64,000 nucleotides of DNA from Centroscyllium fabricii (GCA_051313645.2 JBNRSN020000004.1:111848001-111912000), one strand, 5' to 3'; numbered from the stretch's first letter, positions 38,015-51,807 are shown. Numbers and translations are program-made. Notes: generated from the letters alone by a model not told the origin.

Positions 38015-41000
38015 TCTATGTCTTCATTAAGACTTTCTTTTTCACTGTGCGCATATATGATGATATGGAAAACTTTTGTGCTTCTAGTGTGTAACGAGAG
38101 CCGTCTAATATCACTTTAAAGTGGACGTCTGTTTTTCTAAAGAATATTAAAAGGAACAATGGAGTGCTGCTCAGTGGTGTAATGAGCTCTCAGAACGTGA
38201 ACCAGTACAGCTCACGAGATTACAATGTTTGCTCACTTGTGAAAAAACTCACTACTACTGAAAAAAGTCACCACTACTGATGAGCTATTCAGCTTTTTAT
38301 TATTTGGTAACATCACTCTAAGCAGGGTTTTAATGCTGTGTAATGCTACCATTTCTTTAGTGAATTATAACGTATTTCCCAAAATAATCATCTTCTGAGT
38401 CTGGCTCCAATTCCCTTTTAATTACCAACATATATAATGTAAAGATTGTTACATTTCCTTTAGAGCTGTGAGGCAGCCATGTGGGTCTGACTAAGATCAG
38501 AGACTCCAGTCTTACAGAAAAGTATGGCTCCTGTCATGCCCACATGCCTGACTGACTGACCACTTTAATAATAAACAAATACAACAAACTGCACTCTACT
38601 CTTCCTCCATAATTAAAAGGACTTGGAGATTATTTTTTCCAGCATTAAGGTTATTTTGGGAAAGAGGTGTGTGAGTCTGAAGCACGTCTTTTAATAAATT
38701 GTGGAACACATTGCATTACTGTGGACCAACATGTTGTCAGTAATAATTGATTTTCACATGTGCAAAATGATCTCATGACCATTGAAATGATCAATGACAG
38801 CCATAGAATAACTGACTAATATACAAGATTAATATGCTAAACTTAGAAGAAGCAATATTGTATTATTTGTGTTTTAGCAATCACTTGACCTTACTGTAAA
38901 GTTCATTTTTTTTAGAATAGCAAATACTTGAATGGCAAGCTGCCTGGTCATGCCAGGTCAGGTGCACTGACGGGAGTGGTGGTGAGCCTATCCAATCTGT
39001 CCTTATACAGGATCCTGTTACTGAAATCAATAGATGCTAGCGGGAAGGATCATATGTCTACAGTTAACTCCACAAGTGTTGCAAGATGATAGAATTATCA
39101 AATGAACAGAAGTTATCCTCTTCCCCCCCTTTCCTCCACACAACACCTCATGAGAATGTTTCAAAAAGAAGATTTTTCCAAAGAAAACCAACATCACTGT
39201 TTTATTTTTAAAGTTAAGAATAGAATGACTGTATTAGGCATATCTGCCACTGACTGCCACTAAAGGTGAACTGCAAGTGATCTTACCTGTTTTTGTTAGT
39301 CATTTAAGCAGCTGAAAACATTTTAGGCCTACCCTTTCCTTTTTACCATTTTAGACATGTCAAATGTGACTAATATTGTTGTAATCTTCACCCAGTCTTC
39401 CTTCTTAAAGCCAGACACCGACCATTGATATTAACACTTCAGTTATAGTCAAGATCTTCTCAGACTGGAGACTACAAAGGAGTGAAACTGCTCCTGTCGA
39501 TAGATTTAGCAAACAAGTCAGGTTCATTCTACGAAATAAAAACTTCTGTTTTGTCCTCACACCAACTCAAATTATTAACAGGAAGAATTAAACTCCCCCT
39601 TCCTCTCCCTGAGAGCAACCACCACTCCAGTGCTGAATTTGGATCACCTGTCCCAGGGAATAGATCAAGCTGCTAACTCCATTCACTTGTAACGGTGAAC
39701 AGCTGGCAGCGAGGAAACTACAATTGTTTTCCTTGGACTGAAATGGAAAGAAATGCAGTGCCTGATAACTAATTGTGTCATCGGTGTCTGTTTTGTTTAG
39801 TTAAATTTCATTTCAGATATTACACAGTAAATCTTGTCCCTCAAGACCACGTTTCAGGTCATCTAATAAAAGTTGGCATCTGGTCATTAATTTATTGTTA
39901 GGATTGAGGTTAAGTAGTCACTGTAGACAAGTAATCTTTAACATTGTATTCATTGATAATTTTTGTTGGTTGGTTTTGACTCATTATAGTACAATTTTCA
40001 GGTTGATTTCAATGCACCTTGAACTTTCTGAAAAGGCTAAGCTGCTCAGTACACTAATATATAACAAAGTTCTTGATAGTTTTTGGATTGCAGTGTATTG
40101 TAGACAAAACATCAGTGTAATGTTGCGTAAGATTCCAATTCACAAAGGTTTTGCAGATCTGCTAATATTCAAATGGCTGCACTCTCCTGCAGCAAGAATC
40201 CTACCGAAAGAGATTGAAGCTTTTCGTCATTTTTGTACGTTTGTAAGCTTAGCTTGGGAATTCTGGATCAATGAAAATGTCTCAATGTTAGTCATTTCTG
40301 TAAGGTCTGTGTTATCCCATTGAAGTTCATTTTTCCCCAAATAGTTTCCTGCTATATATTGAAAATTAGGTTTTTGTACCAAGTGGCAGTTTGTTTTATT
40401 TTTATTCTGAATATTTTTAAGATTTCCTTATTCATATTATTTCCATTTATGTTTATCATCTCTGTGAAGTCTTATTTTAAATAATGTCTTCCCTCATACA
40501 ACATGATTACAGTATACAATGCTGTGATATGAAAATGCAAACCTCTTGGGGACAAGGACAAATAACACAGAGCTTAGAATGTTGAGTATTGTTTATTTGA
40601 CCTCTTTTAATTATTTTTTTATACACTTCTTCATATCATAGTGAAACACACAAACTTCCAAATCACATGCATACACATTATACAGGTTGGGAATCAGACA
40701 TACAGAATAATAGAATCTTAATTTAAAAACCTTTTTTTAAGTTTATACTTTAAGCCAGCTCTTTAATTGATTTCACAGGAATATGTGTCCACATTTAGAT
40801 TAATTCTGTGCAAACCATTTAAATACAGCAACACAGAATTCTTATGTATTAACCTACAGCTTGAATAAACAGCCCTGTGAAAATGAATCATATAATCAGG
40901 AAATGTACTTATTGTCTTGAAGGCACTTGAATAAAAGCTGAATAGATACAGCCTGGAAGTTGATTGTAACGCACAGCTAATTGAGATGCCATCTGTTAAG

Positions 41001-41403
41001 CCCCAAATTATTATTGTATACAAATGTACCTCTTTCATCACAATGGGTTTGCTTTGTGGGGGCCTGCTACTTCTAAACTGCATGTACATTTCTAAATTGA
41101 TGCATTTTAACAACCATTACAACAATGGCTTTGTCCCTTTTTATAAATTCTGTAAAATACTTTACAACCCCCTGTGATAAGTCCATTTTACAATGTTCGA
41201 GGTGTCACCAAAGGAGCACTTGACATTGATCAAATCAGTTATAAAATTGTGCTTATGAAGAAAGAAAAATATTCAAAAGTAGGACCCAGAAAAAGTTAAG
41301 TAAAGTTGTTCACTGAAACAATGGTTATAAACTAGATTTACTTTGGAAGTATGTTCTAAGTGCTTTCTTTTACCGTTTTCATTGCTTTGAACGTTTGAGG
41401 TAA

Positions 41404-41592
<189 letters not shown>

Positions 41593-42072
41593 TGATGGTA
41601 ATGGTAGAGACATACTTTTTCAGTAAATGTCTAATATTGTGCCTTTGTGTAGATAAAGCAACTTTAATCACTTGCACAATTATTTCAAAATATTTTAGCT
41701 GAATGTGAGAAGACAGAGGACATGTTAATTATTTAAAAATGAAAAGCAGAACATTTGGAACTTAATTGCAAAAATGTCCACTGTACTTGTAACTGTATGT
41801 ACATATGTAGTTACAGATGACTATCAGCTAAACTACTGTTCCGTTTAATTGTTTTAATAGAGATATTGGAAAATATGGGATGTCTTAATCTGTACTTCAA
41901 GCTATAATTTTAACCTTTAGAAAATAATTTAGTTTTCACGCCTCAGGAATCATTGATTAAGATTAAGTAACATACATTCTTAAATAATCACATGAAGTTT
42001 GTGAATGAGTGCCTTAATAATCTGAAATGTAAATTACAGCATTGGAAATACTTTTTGCCATTTTGAGTTGTG

Positions 42073-44003
42073 AGAGATCACATTGAGACAATGGAGATGA
42101 CATTGAGACAATGGAGATGACATTGAGACAATGGAGATGACATTGAGACATTGGAGATCACATTGAGACAATGGAGATCACATTGAGACAATGGAGATCA
42201 CATTGAGACAATGGAGATCACATTGAGACAGTGGAGATCACATTGAGACAGTGGAGATCACATTGAGACAGTGGAGATCACATTGAGACAATGGAGATCA
42301 CATTGAGACAATGGAGATCACATTGAGACAATGGAGATCACATTGAGACAATGGAGATCACATTGAGACAATGGAGATCACATGGAGACAATGGAGATCA
42401 CATGGAGACAATGGAGATCACATTGAAACAATGGAGATCACATTGAGACAATGGAGATCACATTGAGACATTGGCGATCACATTGAGACAATGGAGATCA
42501 CATGGAGACAATGGAGATCACATTGAGACAATGGAGATCTCATTGAGACATTGGAGATCACATTGAGACAATGGAGATCACATGGAGACAATGGAGATCA
42601 CATTGAGACAATGGAGATCACATTGAAACAATGGAGATCACATTGAGACAATGGAGATCACATGGAGACAATGGAGATCACATTGAGACAATGGAGATCA
42701 CATTGAGACAATGGAGATCACATTGAGACAATGGAGATCACATTGAGACAGTGGAGATCACATTGAGACAGTGGAGATCACATTGAGACAATGGAGATCA
42801 CATTCAAATAATGGAGATCACATTGAGACAATGGAGATCACATTGAGACAATGGAGATCACATGGAGACAATGGAGATCACATTGAGACAATGGAGATCA
42901 CATTGAGACAATGGTGATCACATTGAGACAATGGAGATCACATTGAGACAATGGAGATCACATTGAGACAATGGAGATCACATTGAGACAGTGGAGATCA
43001 CATTGAGACAGTGGAGATCACATTGAGACAGTGGAGATCACATTGAGACAATGGAGATCACATTCAAATAATGGAGATCACATTGAGACAATGGAGATCA
43101 CATTGAGACAATGGAGATCACATTGAGACAATGGAGATCACATTGAGACAATGGAGATCGCATTGAGACAATGGAGATCACATTGAGACAATGGAGATCA
43201 CATGGAGACAATGGAGATCACATTGAAACAATGGAGATCACATGGAGACAATGGAGATCACATGGAGACAATGGAGATCACATTGAGACAATGGAGATCA
43301 CATTGAGACAATGGAGATCACATGGAGACAATGGAGATCACATTGAGACAATGGAGATCACATTGAGACAATGGAGATCACATTGAGACAATGGAGATCA
43401 GATTGAGACAATGGAGATCACATTGAGACAGTGGAGATCACATTGAGACAGTGGAGATCACATTGAGATAATGGAGATCACATTGAGACAATGGAGATCA
43501 CATGGAGACAATGGAGATCATATTGAGACAATGGAGATCACATTGAGACAATGGAGATCACATTGAGACAATGGAGATCACATGGAGACAATGGAGATCA
43601 CATTGAAACAATGGAGATCACATTGAGACAATGGAGATCACATTGAGACAATGGAGATCACATTGAGACAGTGAAGATCACATTGAGACAGTGAAGATCG
43701 CATTGAGACAATGGAGATCACATTGAGACAATGGAGATCACATTGAGACAATGGAGATCGCATTCAAATAATGGAGATCACATTGAGACAATGGAGATCA
43801 CATTGAGACAATGGAGATCACATGGAGACAATGGAGATCACATTAAAATAATGGAGATCACATTGAGACAATGGAGATCACATTGAGACAGTGGAGATCA
43901 CATTGAGACAATGGAGATCACATTGAGACAATGGAGATCACATTCAAATAATGGAGATCACATTGAGACAATGGAGATCACATTGAGACAATGGAGATCA
44001 CAT
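42073..44003. repeat. Minisatellite, 20-bp unit CATTGAGACAATGGAGATCA, about 96 copies
   Basis: Register preserved with no indel across about 1.9 kb. Confidence 0.99.
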
Positions 44004-46157
44004 GCACTACAAATGAAGGTACTTGTCTAAGGTTGTGTTACAGTACCACTGTCATGCCTGGATCAGTGTCTAGCCTTGATGGTAGTAGCACTGCACTTGA
44101 CCTTATAAAGATGCTTATTGTCAGCACTTGCATAAAAGTGAATGTAAAAGTCCTGTTATCCACCATTGTCAATCCTGTACCCTTGAGACCAAAAGAGTGG
44201 AATAGCAGAATGGTGAATTGTAAGGGGCATTAGTTCAAGTACTTCATGGTCTGAAATAACACTGGTTTAGGCACTATGGTGAGATAATGAAAAACCCTCT
44301 AGAAATTATGACATTTTCTCTGTAGTAAATGTTGTCTTTTTTTGTTTTATTCTGAGCATTTCATATCTGAAATATTTTTATAGTAATTATTTTTCATAGC
44401 CTCAATATTATTCATCAAAGTGCTGAACTACAAGAGGAAAATTACCGTATTAGGACCAAGAGGTGAAGCAACACTTTTCAGAATAATTCACAGCCAAAAT
44501 GATCATTGTTAACGACTGGAATCAGCAATTATGATGAAAAAATGATTGCAGATGCGTTTTCAGAATCGAACCCCAGGGGTATTACATAACACGCAATAAA
44601 TAAATTACATGAACATTTTCTATGTGAAGTGAAGCAATGACAAATTTTACTATAATTCTGTGAAATAGCACTATTTTAATTAAAAAAGAGCAAATAGTTT
44701 TGGCTATGCTTAAGTTGTCAGGAAAACTGAAAAAAGATTCTGACAGTAAATACCCCTTAAATGGTCACTTGAAACCCAAAATATTGCTCATCACTGATTC
44801 ACAGATGTTTGTAGGAAGACCTCTGAATAAAATAATGTGACATTGTGAATGTAATGCTTATGTGTTTTTTTTATCAGTCAAGTGTTTGTTTTTGGATTTC
44901 TAGATTAGGCCAAATAAGTGAAGATTGCATAGAAACCATGAAGCCCTTTGCTGCCTCTAAAATAATAACATTAATAATAATTTTTACCATAAAAGGCAGT
45001 TGTTTTAAGCATTCAGTTCACAGAAAGGATAACATTTTAAGCATTTATGTCAAAGTTTGTTGGAGAAACCATTGTTTAGAACTTGTGTGAATAATTCTGT
45101 AGAACTGATCATTATTTTCACTGTCCAGACAAGGAAATTTACCCAATCTTAAAATACATACTGTGCACAAAGGGTATACCCTGTATATAAAATTGCCAGA
45201 AGTAATTCTTTAATTAACTATTTGAATGATTGAATACATATAATACATATTAAACAGAAAAATGGTACGACTTTCTGGTTCAATGTGCTTTTAGTGTTTT
45301 GTGCAGTATTTAAGTATTAATGGACTGCTGCTTGTACTGTTGGTAGCTAGGTCAGCTGAAATTAGTGCAGCCATGGGCACAGTGCAGGCAGAACTGCATG
45401 TTGTTTGATCAGTTTCGGGCATTGTGCTGATTTTCTGATCTTTCTGTAACTTTCTAATGTTGCTGCCCTAGCTAGAACAGTACACAGCTGGGAAATGGCT
45501 CCATTGATGCTCACAAACCTTCGTGGGTTATTTTTGACTCCTGTCACTCATTAAAGTGTCGTGCAGGGGAGTCTTTAGTCAAGGTTGACTGTCCTCAATC
45601 AGGATTTAAAGTTACCATACAGTATTGAGTCAATATGAATGGAAGATTTTTGTCTTTTTGCCTGAATATGTTCTGGTGTGGCTTGAAAGTATTGAAGGAA
45701 TCCAAATCCAGGCTTCTCATTCAGAATTTCTAGGTTTCACAACTCTGAATCTGATGTATCTCTAATTAATGGTGCAGTTGGTTTTATTGGCAAATTCAGG
45801 TGACATCTTGTTACTCACAGAGGTGCCACCCATATTCTAAACTGGTTGGAATTTAATTGAGGAACAGAAAATGAAAGATAAAGATAGGTTTCAGGTGGGA
45901 CCCTTTAACAGAAGTTAATAAACTAAAAACTTAAAAGCAAGGGCATTTGAGGTTGGCTGGCTAGTCAATGAACTGGTGTTTAGTAATGTAACTGGCTGTA
46001 GGAGGTCATATCTAGTTAACTGATTTCCTTGGAAATTCATACTCCATGGCAGCACAACCATTGCGGGGTGAGGATGCCCTATACTTTACCATTCAACCTT
46101 CCCATAGTTCCAGGGAATTCCAGTCCCCATTGGCCAGTCATTTTTTTAAAGCTCTAA

Positions 46158-46990
46158 GGGGGAGATTTTCATGTCGCCGTGAGGCGGGGTTTTGGGTGGC
46201 CCGGCCGGCAAAATAGCAGAACCATAACAGGTCCCGCCACTCCCCGCCGTATGCCCGCCGCTTTCTCATTTTCGCCCGCCCAGATTCCCTGCCCCGAAAC
46301 CTTGCCGCCGCCGACCGGCGGGGATGGGTTGTCACCTCGTTAAGGGCCCTTAATTGGCATCTTTAATGCCATTTTAAGGGCCCTCAGCCATTTTGCCCTG
46401 TTTTCCGCCCTAACCCCGCCCCCTTAAACCCCGCTGGGTAAAACCCAGCGGGAGCACAGCGCTGGTTATTACTTTTGGACTATAACCTGGTGTTGTGTGA
46501 CTTGAATGTATTACTTTCTCCTTTAAGGTGTGAAGGACATGCTGCCAAATGCTTGGCATGCCTCCAGCACCTTAGAGGAGTCAGTAACTCCGTTCTGGCT
46601 TCAGCAGCAGTTCTGAGCAGAAACTGAGCAATCTCAGCTCTGAACAGTGCTTGACAGCCGCTGCAAGCTGTGAGGGATTCTGAGCCCACCCGTCCACCTG
46701 ACAGTCACCATCACTTGGCCTTTCACATTGGCTCCACTCCACTGTAATGTCACAGTGGAGTGTTTCCATGGGAACTGACAACAACCAGTGCTGGAACTGT
46801 CAATCAAAGTGTTCGCAGCCCCGCTGCAGCCCGACTCGATTGACTTAATTACCTCCCGCTGCCGCTGACGGGATTTAGCAACCTAATTAAACTAAAATTG
46901 TGTGGCCTTCCCAGCTGTTTGGGCGGGCGGGAACGGAAGCCGCCCAGACCAATCCCCGCCAGGTTCCTGCCCTTCCGGCAAAATCCCCCC
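46158..46990. mobile_element. MITE family A, copy 1 (PIF/Harbinger-like)
   Basis: TIRs GGGGGAGATTTT/AAAATCCCCCC, TAA on both sides, four homologous copies in the window. Confidence 0.88.
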
Positions 46991-46993
46991 TAA

Positions 46994-47766
46994 GGGGGGG
47001 AATTTCATGTCCCCGTGAGGCGGTGTTTTCGGCAGCTCGGCTGGCAAAATAGCGCAACCAGTGGGTCGCGACCCCCTTCCCCCCCCCCCCCCCCGGATCC
47101 CCGCCGCTTTATCATTTTCCCCCACCCTGATTCCCCACCCCGAAACCTTCCCACCGGTGGCCGGCGGTGATGGGTTGTCATCTCGTTAAGGGCCCTTAAT
47201 TGGCATGTTTAATGCCATTTTAAGGGCCTTCAGCCATTTTGAGCCATTTCCCACCCTAACCCCGTCACCTTAAACACAGCGCTGGTCATTATTTTCTCCC
47301 TCAAGGTGTGAAGGACATGCTGCCAAATGCTTGGCATGCCTCCAGCACTTTAGAGGAGTAAGTTACTCCATGGTGGCTGCACCAGCTGTGGGCAAAAACT
47401 GAGAAATCTCAGCTTTGCACATTTGCTCACAGCCGTGCCGAGTTGTCAAGGATTCGGAGCCCACCCGCCCACCTGTCAGTCACCAGCACTTGACCTTTCC
47501 CATTGGTTCCACTCGACTGTGATGTCACAGCGGAGTGTTTCCATGTGAACTGACAACAACCAGTGCTGGAACTGACAATCAAGTTGCTCGCAGCCCCGCT
47601 GCAGCCTGACTCGATTGAGTTAATTACCACCCGCTGCCGCCGGCGGGGATTTAACAACTCAATTGAATTAAAATTGCATGGGCTTCCCAGCTCTTTGGGC
47701 GGGCGGGACAGGAACCCGCACAGACCAATCCCCGCCAGGTTCCCACACTTCCGGCAAGTTCCCCCC
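46994..47766. mobile_element. MITE family A, copy 2, tandem with copy 1
   Basis: Same orientation as copy 1, separated from it only by TAA. Confidence 0.88.
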
Positions 47767-49789
47767 CAATGATGCCGAAACAAACTCTTAATACTTTAAT
47801 TTAACGGTTCTCCTCTGACATTTTACTGGTTGAACCCAGATTAAAACATTTGTCCACTGGCTGGCTGGAAAGTGATTCCATAGGTTGGCTTTACAGCTAG
47901 TTAAGTAAAATGATGTAACCTGGCCAATTTTTGATGTGATTTTTATCCATCAAACACTGGGTGCTACCAGTGAGTGAATTATTTATCTGCAATATAGGTT
48001 GCCCATAACTAGACAATCTGTTGTGGCATTGCATGTGGGATGTCAAGACCAAGCATAGTCTTCACATGAAGTGGGATTACACGTGGGAATAATTGGACTT
48101 GTGTGTGCAGATACACCTCCATCTTCATTTTAAAATGTTTTGTTCAGTTCTTATTTCCATTATAAATTCTTATGTCCACATGTATTTTAGAAACTATCTA
48201 TGTAAACTGATCATATTGTAATTATACCCTCCTGCCAGTGGTGGTGATACAGCATTGGGGGGAGGGTGTAATTATAACGTGACAAGTTTACCCTATAAAG
48301 CTGCACATGGTCATTTATAATGGAAAAGGTTGACAGAACATGCCCATGGACTTTAATTATGTTACTAGTCAATGTCCTGTGGTGTTGCACATGGGGAATT
48401 AAGACCAAGTGTAGTCCTCAGGTAAATCAGGGTTAGAGGGCAGGGTATAATTGTACAATGGGAGGACTGTGATGCAGGAGGCTAGAGGTTGAATGTAAAG
48501 TAGGGTCATTGGCTATAGGTGGAAGGTTAAAGGTCAGAGAGAAGGGGGAAACTAGAGTGTAGTTAGAGGTTGCAGACAAGAGGAAAAGTAGAGTAGGGCT
48601 AGAGGGCAAAGAGATGATGCTGATGCAGGGTTAGAGAAGGTAGAACAGGGAGGAGGGAGAAGCTAGAGTTGGGTAAGGGGGCGGAATTCTGAGGGATGGG
48701 GGAATGTAGAGCATAATAAGAGGCCAGAAGAGAGTCAGAGGCCCAGGGGTGAGGGTCTAGCAAGAGAATCGGAGGATACTGGAAAATGCCTAGAGCTCAG
48801 CCAGTGAGGTGGGTGCTGTTGTTATTGGAAGCAGTATCTCAGTAGCTGGGAGAGTTTGGCAGAGTGAGGCCCAGAGTTGGGAGCAATGACTCCAGTAGGA
48901 TAATCCCAGACTGAGTAGAGTTCGGGTGGAGTTGAGATGGAGAATGGGAGGGGGGAAGGGGAAATTGGGAGAGAGGGAGGAATGCGAAAGAGGTGAAGGA
49001 AGAGAGTAGGGGGAGGGTGCACGAGGGCAAGGGGATTTCTAACTCCTTTTTTTAAAAAACACCACGGTCCGTCTCTGTTCCATACAGACTGACTGGCACT
49101 TGAATATATTTTAAAACAATTATTTTTATATATATTTAAGAAGCCTGCAGATTGGGAGAGTGTGGAACATCCAATATGATGACAGAGGGAGAAGGGGGCA
49201 AGGGGGCGTTAGTTGGGCATGGAGCTGACATGGAGCGATTTCCTCTTGTCTGTATATATTTTTATGTGCATTGGGCAGCAGCCAGTGGGGCAGAGATCAC
49301 AGCCTCAGCAGGAGCCTGCAGGAGGCGAGCGGAGCTCAGGTTGTGGTCACAGCGGGAGCCAGAAGGGTGGAAGATTTGAGCCAAGATTGTGGCTGGATCA
49401 GGAGGGAGCGGAGCCAAGATCACATCCTCACTGAGAGCTAGTGGGGGGGCGGGAGAGGAGGGCCAAATCATGGCCACCTTGGCAGACAATGAGGTGGGTG
49501 CTACTGGAAGCAGTAGCTGGGAGAGCTTGGCACAGAATGAGCCCCAGAGTAGGCCTGTGCTGCCTGTATCATTGTGTTTTTTTTAAACTAATGGTTTATT
49601 TTTAAACCTTGCAACCTGAAAATAATCCTGTGGGAATTAGAGTAAATTCTGCTCCAGTGGCTGCCGAGCAGGGGCTCTCGCTGGTGGGGGCGTGCAGCAG
49701 GGAGCAATGCTGTGCAGAGATGAACAAGAAGTACCAACGTCTATGAACTTAAAACACAATTACCACAAAATGTAATAAATGCGTACAGT

Positions 49790-50520
49790 GGCCGAGAGTT
49801 GCCGTTTAGTTGCGCTGGTTCTTTTCAGCGCAATCCCCCCGATATTGGCACAGCTGCCGCAAAAGATAGCAGAATTTTAAGCGCAAATTGCGTTCAGTCC
49901 AACTCAAATTTGCGCCGTGTTTTGCGTGAGTTTTAAAAACATTGTGCTAGAAGCAGGCCACGCCCCCAGGGCGAATTAATCACCATTGGGAGTTTCTGCT
50001 AATTGCACTCGTTTGCAGGTCTTTGAGGAGGCTCCAAAATGAGCTGGATCTTTTGAGCACAAGGATACTAATGGGGACATTTTGAGAGGTTTTGAATGAT
50101 TTTTAAAAAAGCTACTAAGGGACCACTACTGTACCCCAATCTTACGAGAAAATACTTTTGTATTTTTTAAAAGTTATTTTGAGTCATTTAAAATCAGGTT
50201 ACTCACAGGTGGTGGATTGACACTGATTTAAAATGCTTTTTTTGTGCAAAACAAATTTTCAGCTCTACTAATCAAACTTCACCAAGTTACCACTCTTAAA
50301 TATATCAAGGAATATTTATTAAAGCAAAATCTATTTTTTAATTGCATTTTAATTGCGCTGGTTCATGGCAGATTTTTCGGGCGCAATATACAAATAAGTT
50401 AAAGCGGAAACTCTGCGGGGGGAACACTTTTCATATCGGGTGCAATTTGTACTGGAAGCACAAAGCAGAAACTCTACCCCAGTGTGACAAAAACGTGACA
50501 ACAGAAAGTCAAGTTGCAAG
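49790..50520. mobile_element. Probable partial MITE-like element
   Basis: CpG-rich arm with repeated TTGCGCTGGTTC and an AT-rich core; ends unclear. Confidence 0.4.
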
Positions 50521-50544
50521 AACAGGAAGTGCAACCAGACATAA

Positions 50545-51262
50545 GGGGGGTGGAAAATTGGGTTGCTTGCGGCAGCTGTTAGCGCCCTAAGAGGGCTGCT
50601 AATGGGGCGCAAGGCACCTAACGCCTGGGCTGGCACCTCCCGCGATATTCAGTGGGGTGCTGGCGGCGGCAGCATCCGGTAGCGCCCTGTGGCACCGTGC
50701 CGCCGGCGATGACATCATCGCCGTGCGCAGCCCCCTGCTTGCGCCCTGGCCACGAACTTCAGTCGTGCCCGCTGACGTACTACTGGACGCTGTCACCGAC
50801 AGGGTCAGGGGGCGTACTTGCAGCCGGGCCAGTGCTATTTAAAGGGGGGGGGCTGCCGGGCGGCCATTTTTCTTGCTGGCCAACTGCCAGCACCTGCCCT
50901 CTTGGCCTTCGCCGATGCCCCCCCGCGGAGTGCTGGCTGTGTTCCGTGAGCCCGGCACTTCCCTCAAGTGCCGGGCTCCTTTGGCGGCATTCCGATCCCC
51001 GGCGGTCCTTTAAGAAGGGTAGTGAGGCCTGCAGTACTGCGGCGCGGCGCTATGCAGAGCATGGCGCTGCGGCAAGCAGTCGCCGGAAATTGAGTGGTAG
51101 CGTCCAAAGAATGAGGTGGCGTGCTTGCAGTAGCGCCCCACCTCCTACTTGGGGCGCTAAAACCCAATTTCCGGCCGACCGGCGCTAACTTTTTCGGGGC
51201 ACTAAAAGTAGTGCCCCACCGAGGTTAGCGCCCCAAACGGGACGCAACACAATTTTCCCCCC
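50545..51262. mobile_element. MITE family C (GC-rich, GGG-ended)
   Basis: TIRs GG...GGAAAATTGGGTTGC / GCAACACAATTTTCCCCCC; subterminal TAGCGCCC motifs. Confidence 0.78.
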
Positions 51263-51279
51263 ATGATTTTTAGTAATAA

Positions 51280-51595
51280 CAACAGAAAACGCTGGAAAAA
51301 CTCAGCAGGCCAGGCAGTATCCGTGGAGAGTCAATGAGAGTTAATGTTTCAGGTCACTGACCTTTCATCAGAACTGGAAAAAAGCAGGAAGTGGAACATA
51401 TTTTAAAGCAAGTTTAGGGGCTGGGAAATGGGGGAGGGGATGAAAGAACAAAAGGGAAGGTCTGTGATAGGATGGAAGGCAGGAGAAGTATAGAGGCATT
51501 AAGAGATATTCAAGGCAAAAGGAGATGGTAATGAAACAGGTTAAGGAACAAAGGATGGTTCTAGATGAAGTGTAAATTGCACTGGCAGAATGAAA
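51280..51595 (-). mobile_element. Penelope-like element terminal-repeat fragment
   Basis: Homologous to 55470-55542 plus 56379-56640, and inverted to 58860-59195. Confidence 0.82.
51339..51375 (-). ncRNA. Minimal type I hammerhead ribozyme motif (Penelope-associated)
   Basis: Minus strand reads AGUU-CUGAUGA-A-AGGUCA-G-UGACCU-GAAA-CAUU-AACU: both catalytic boxes, stem II and stem I present. Confidence 0.7.
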
Positions 51596-51807
51596 GTCAT
51601 TTTTAGTATGGATAGATTTGGAGTGATTTGACTTTCCATTCTGATTTGGTTCATTCTTACATTTTGTTGACTGTTCATGCTTGTTTTCCTGTCATATGTG
51701 CTTAGTATTTCCTCAATGGAAGCATATTTACCCATTTTCCTCTTTGTTTGATTCATATGTTCCCTCCCTCTTCATTTATGATCTGTTACTATTTTATGAA
51801 TATGAAA

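Noticed and set aside
38056-38280. Possible C/D snoRNA (ATGATGA ... CTGA)
   Set aside because: Boxes are about 200 nt apart, with no terminal stem or recognisable guide
42073-44003. CRISPR-like regular array
   Set aside because: Units are contiguous with no unique spacers, no cas genes, and the context is a vertebrate intron
46751-46786. RSS-like CACAGTG ... ACAACAACC in MITE A
   Set aside because: Spacer is 20 bp rather than 12 or 23, the heptamer is mutated in copy 2, and it is internal rather than terminal as in RAG/Transib transposons
50652-51188. GC-rich 178-aa ORF and CpG island-like signal (similar at 31.5-32.3 kb and 62 kb)
   Set aside because: Lies inside TIR-bounded MITEs; high GC explains the lack of stops; no recognisable domain
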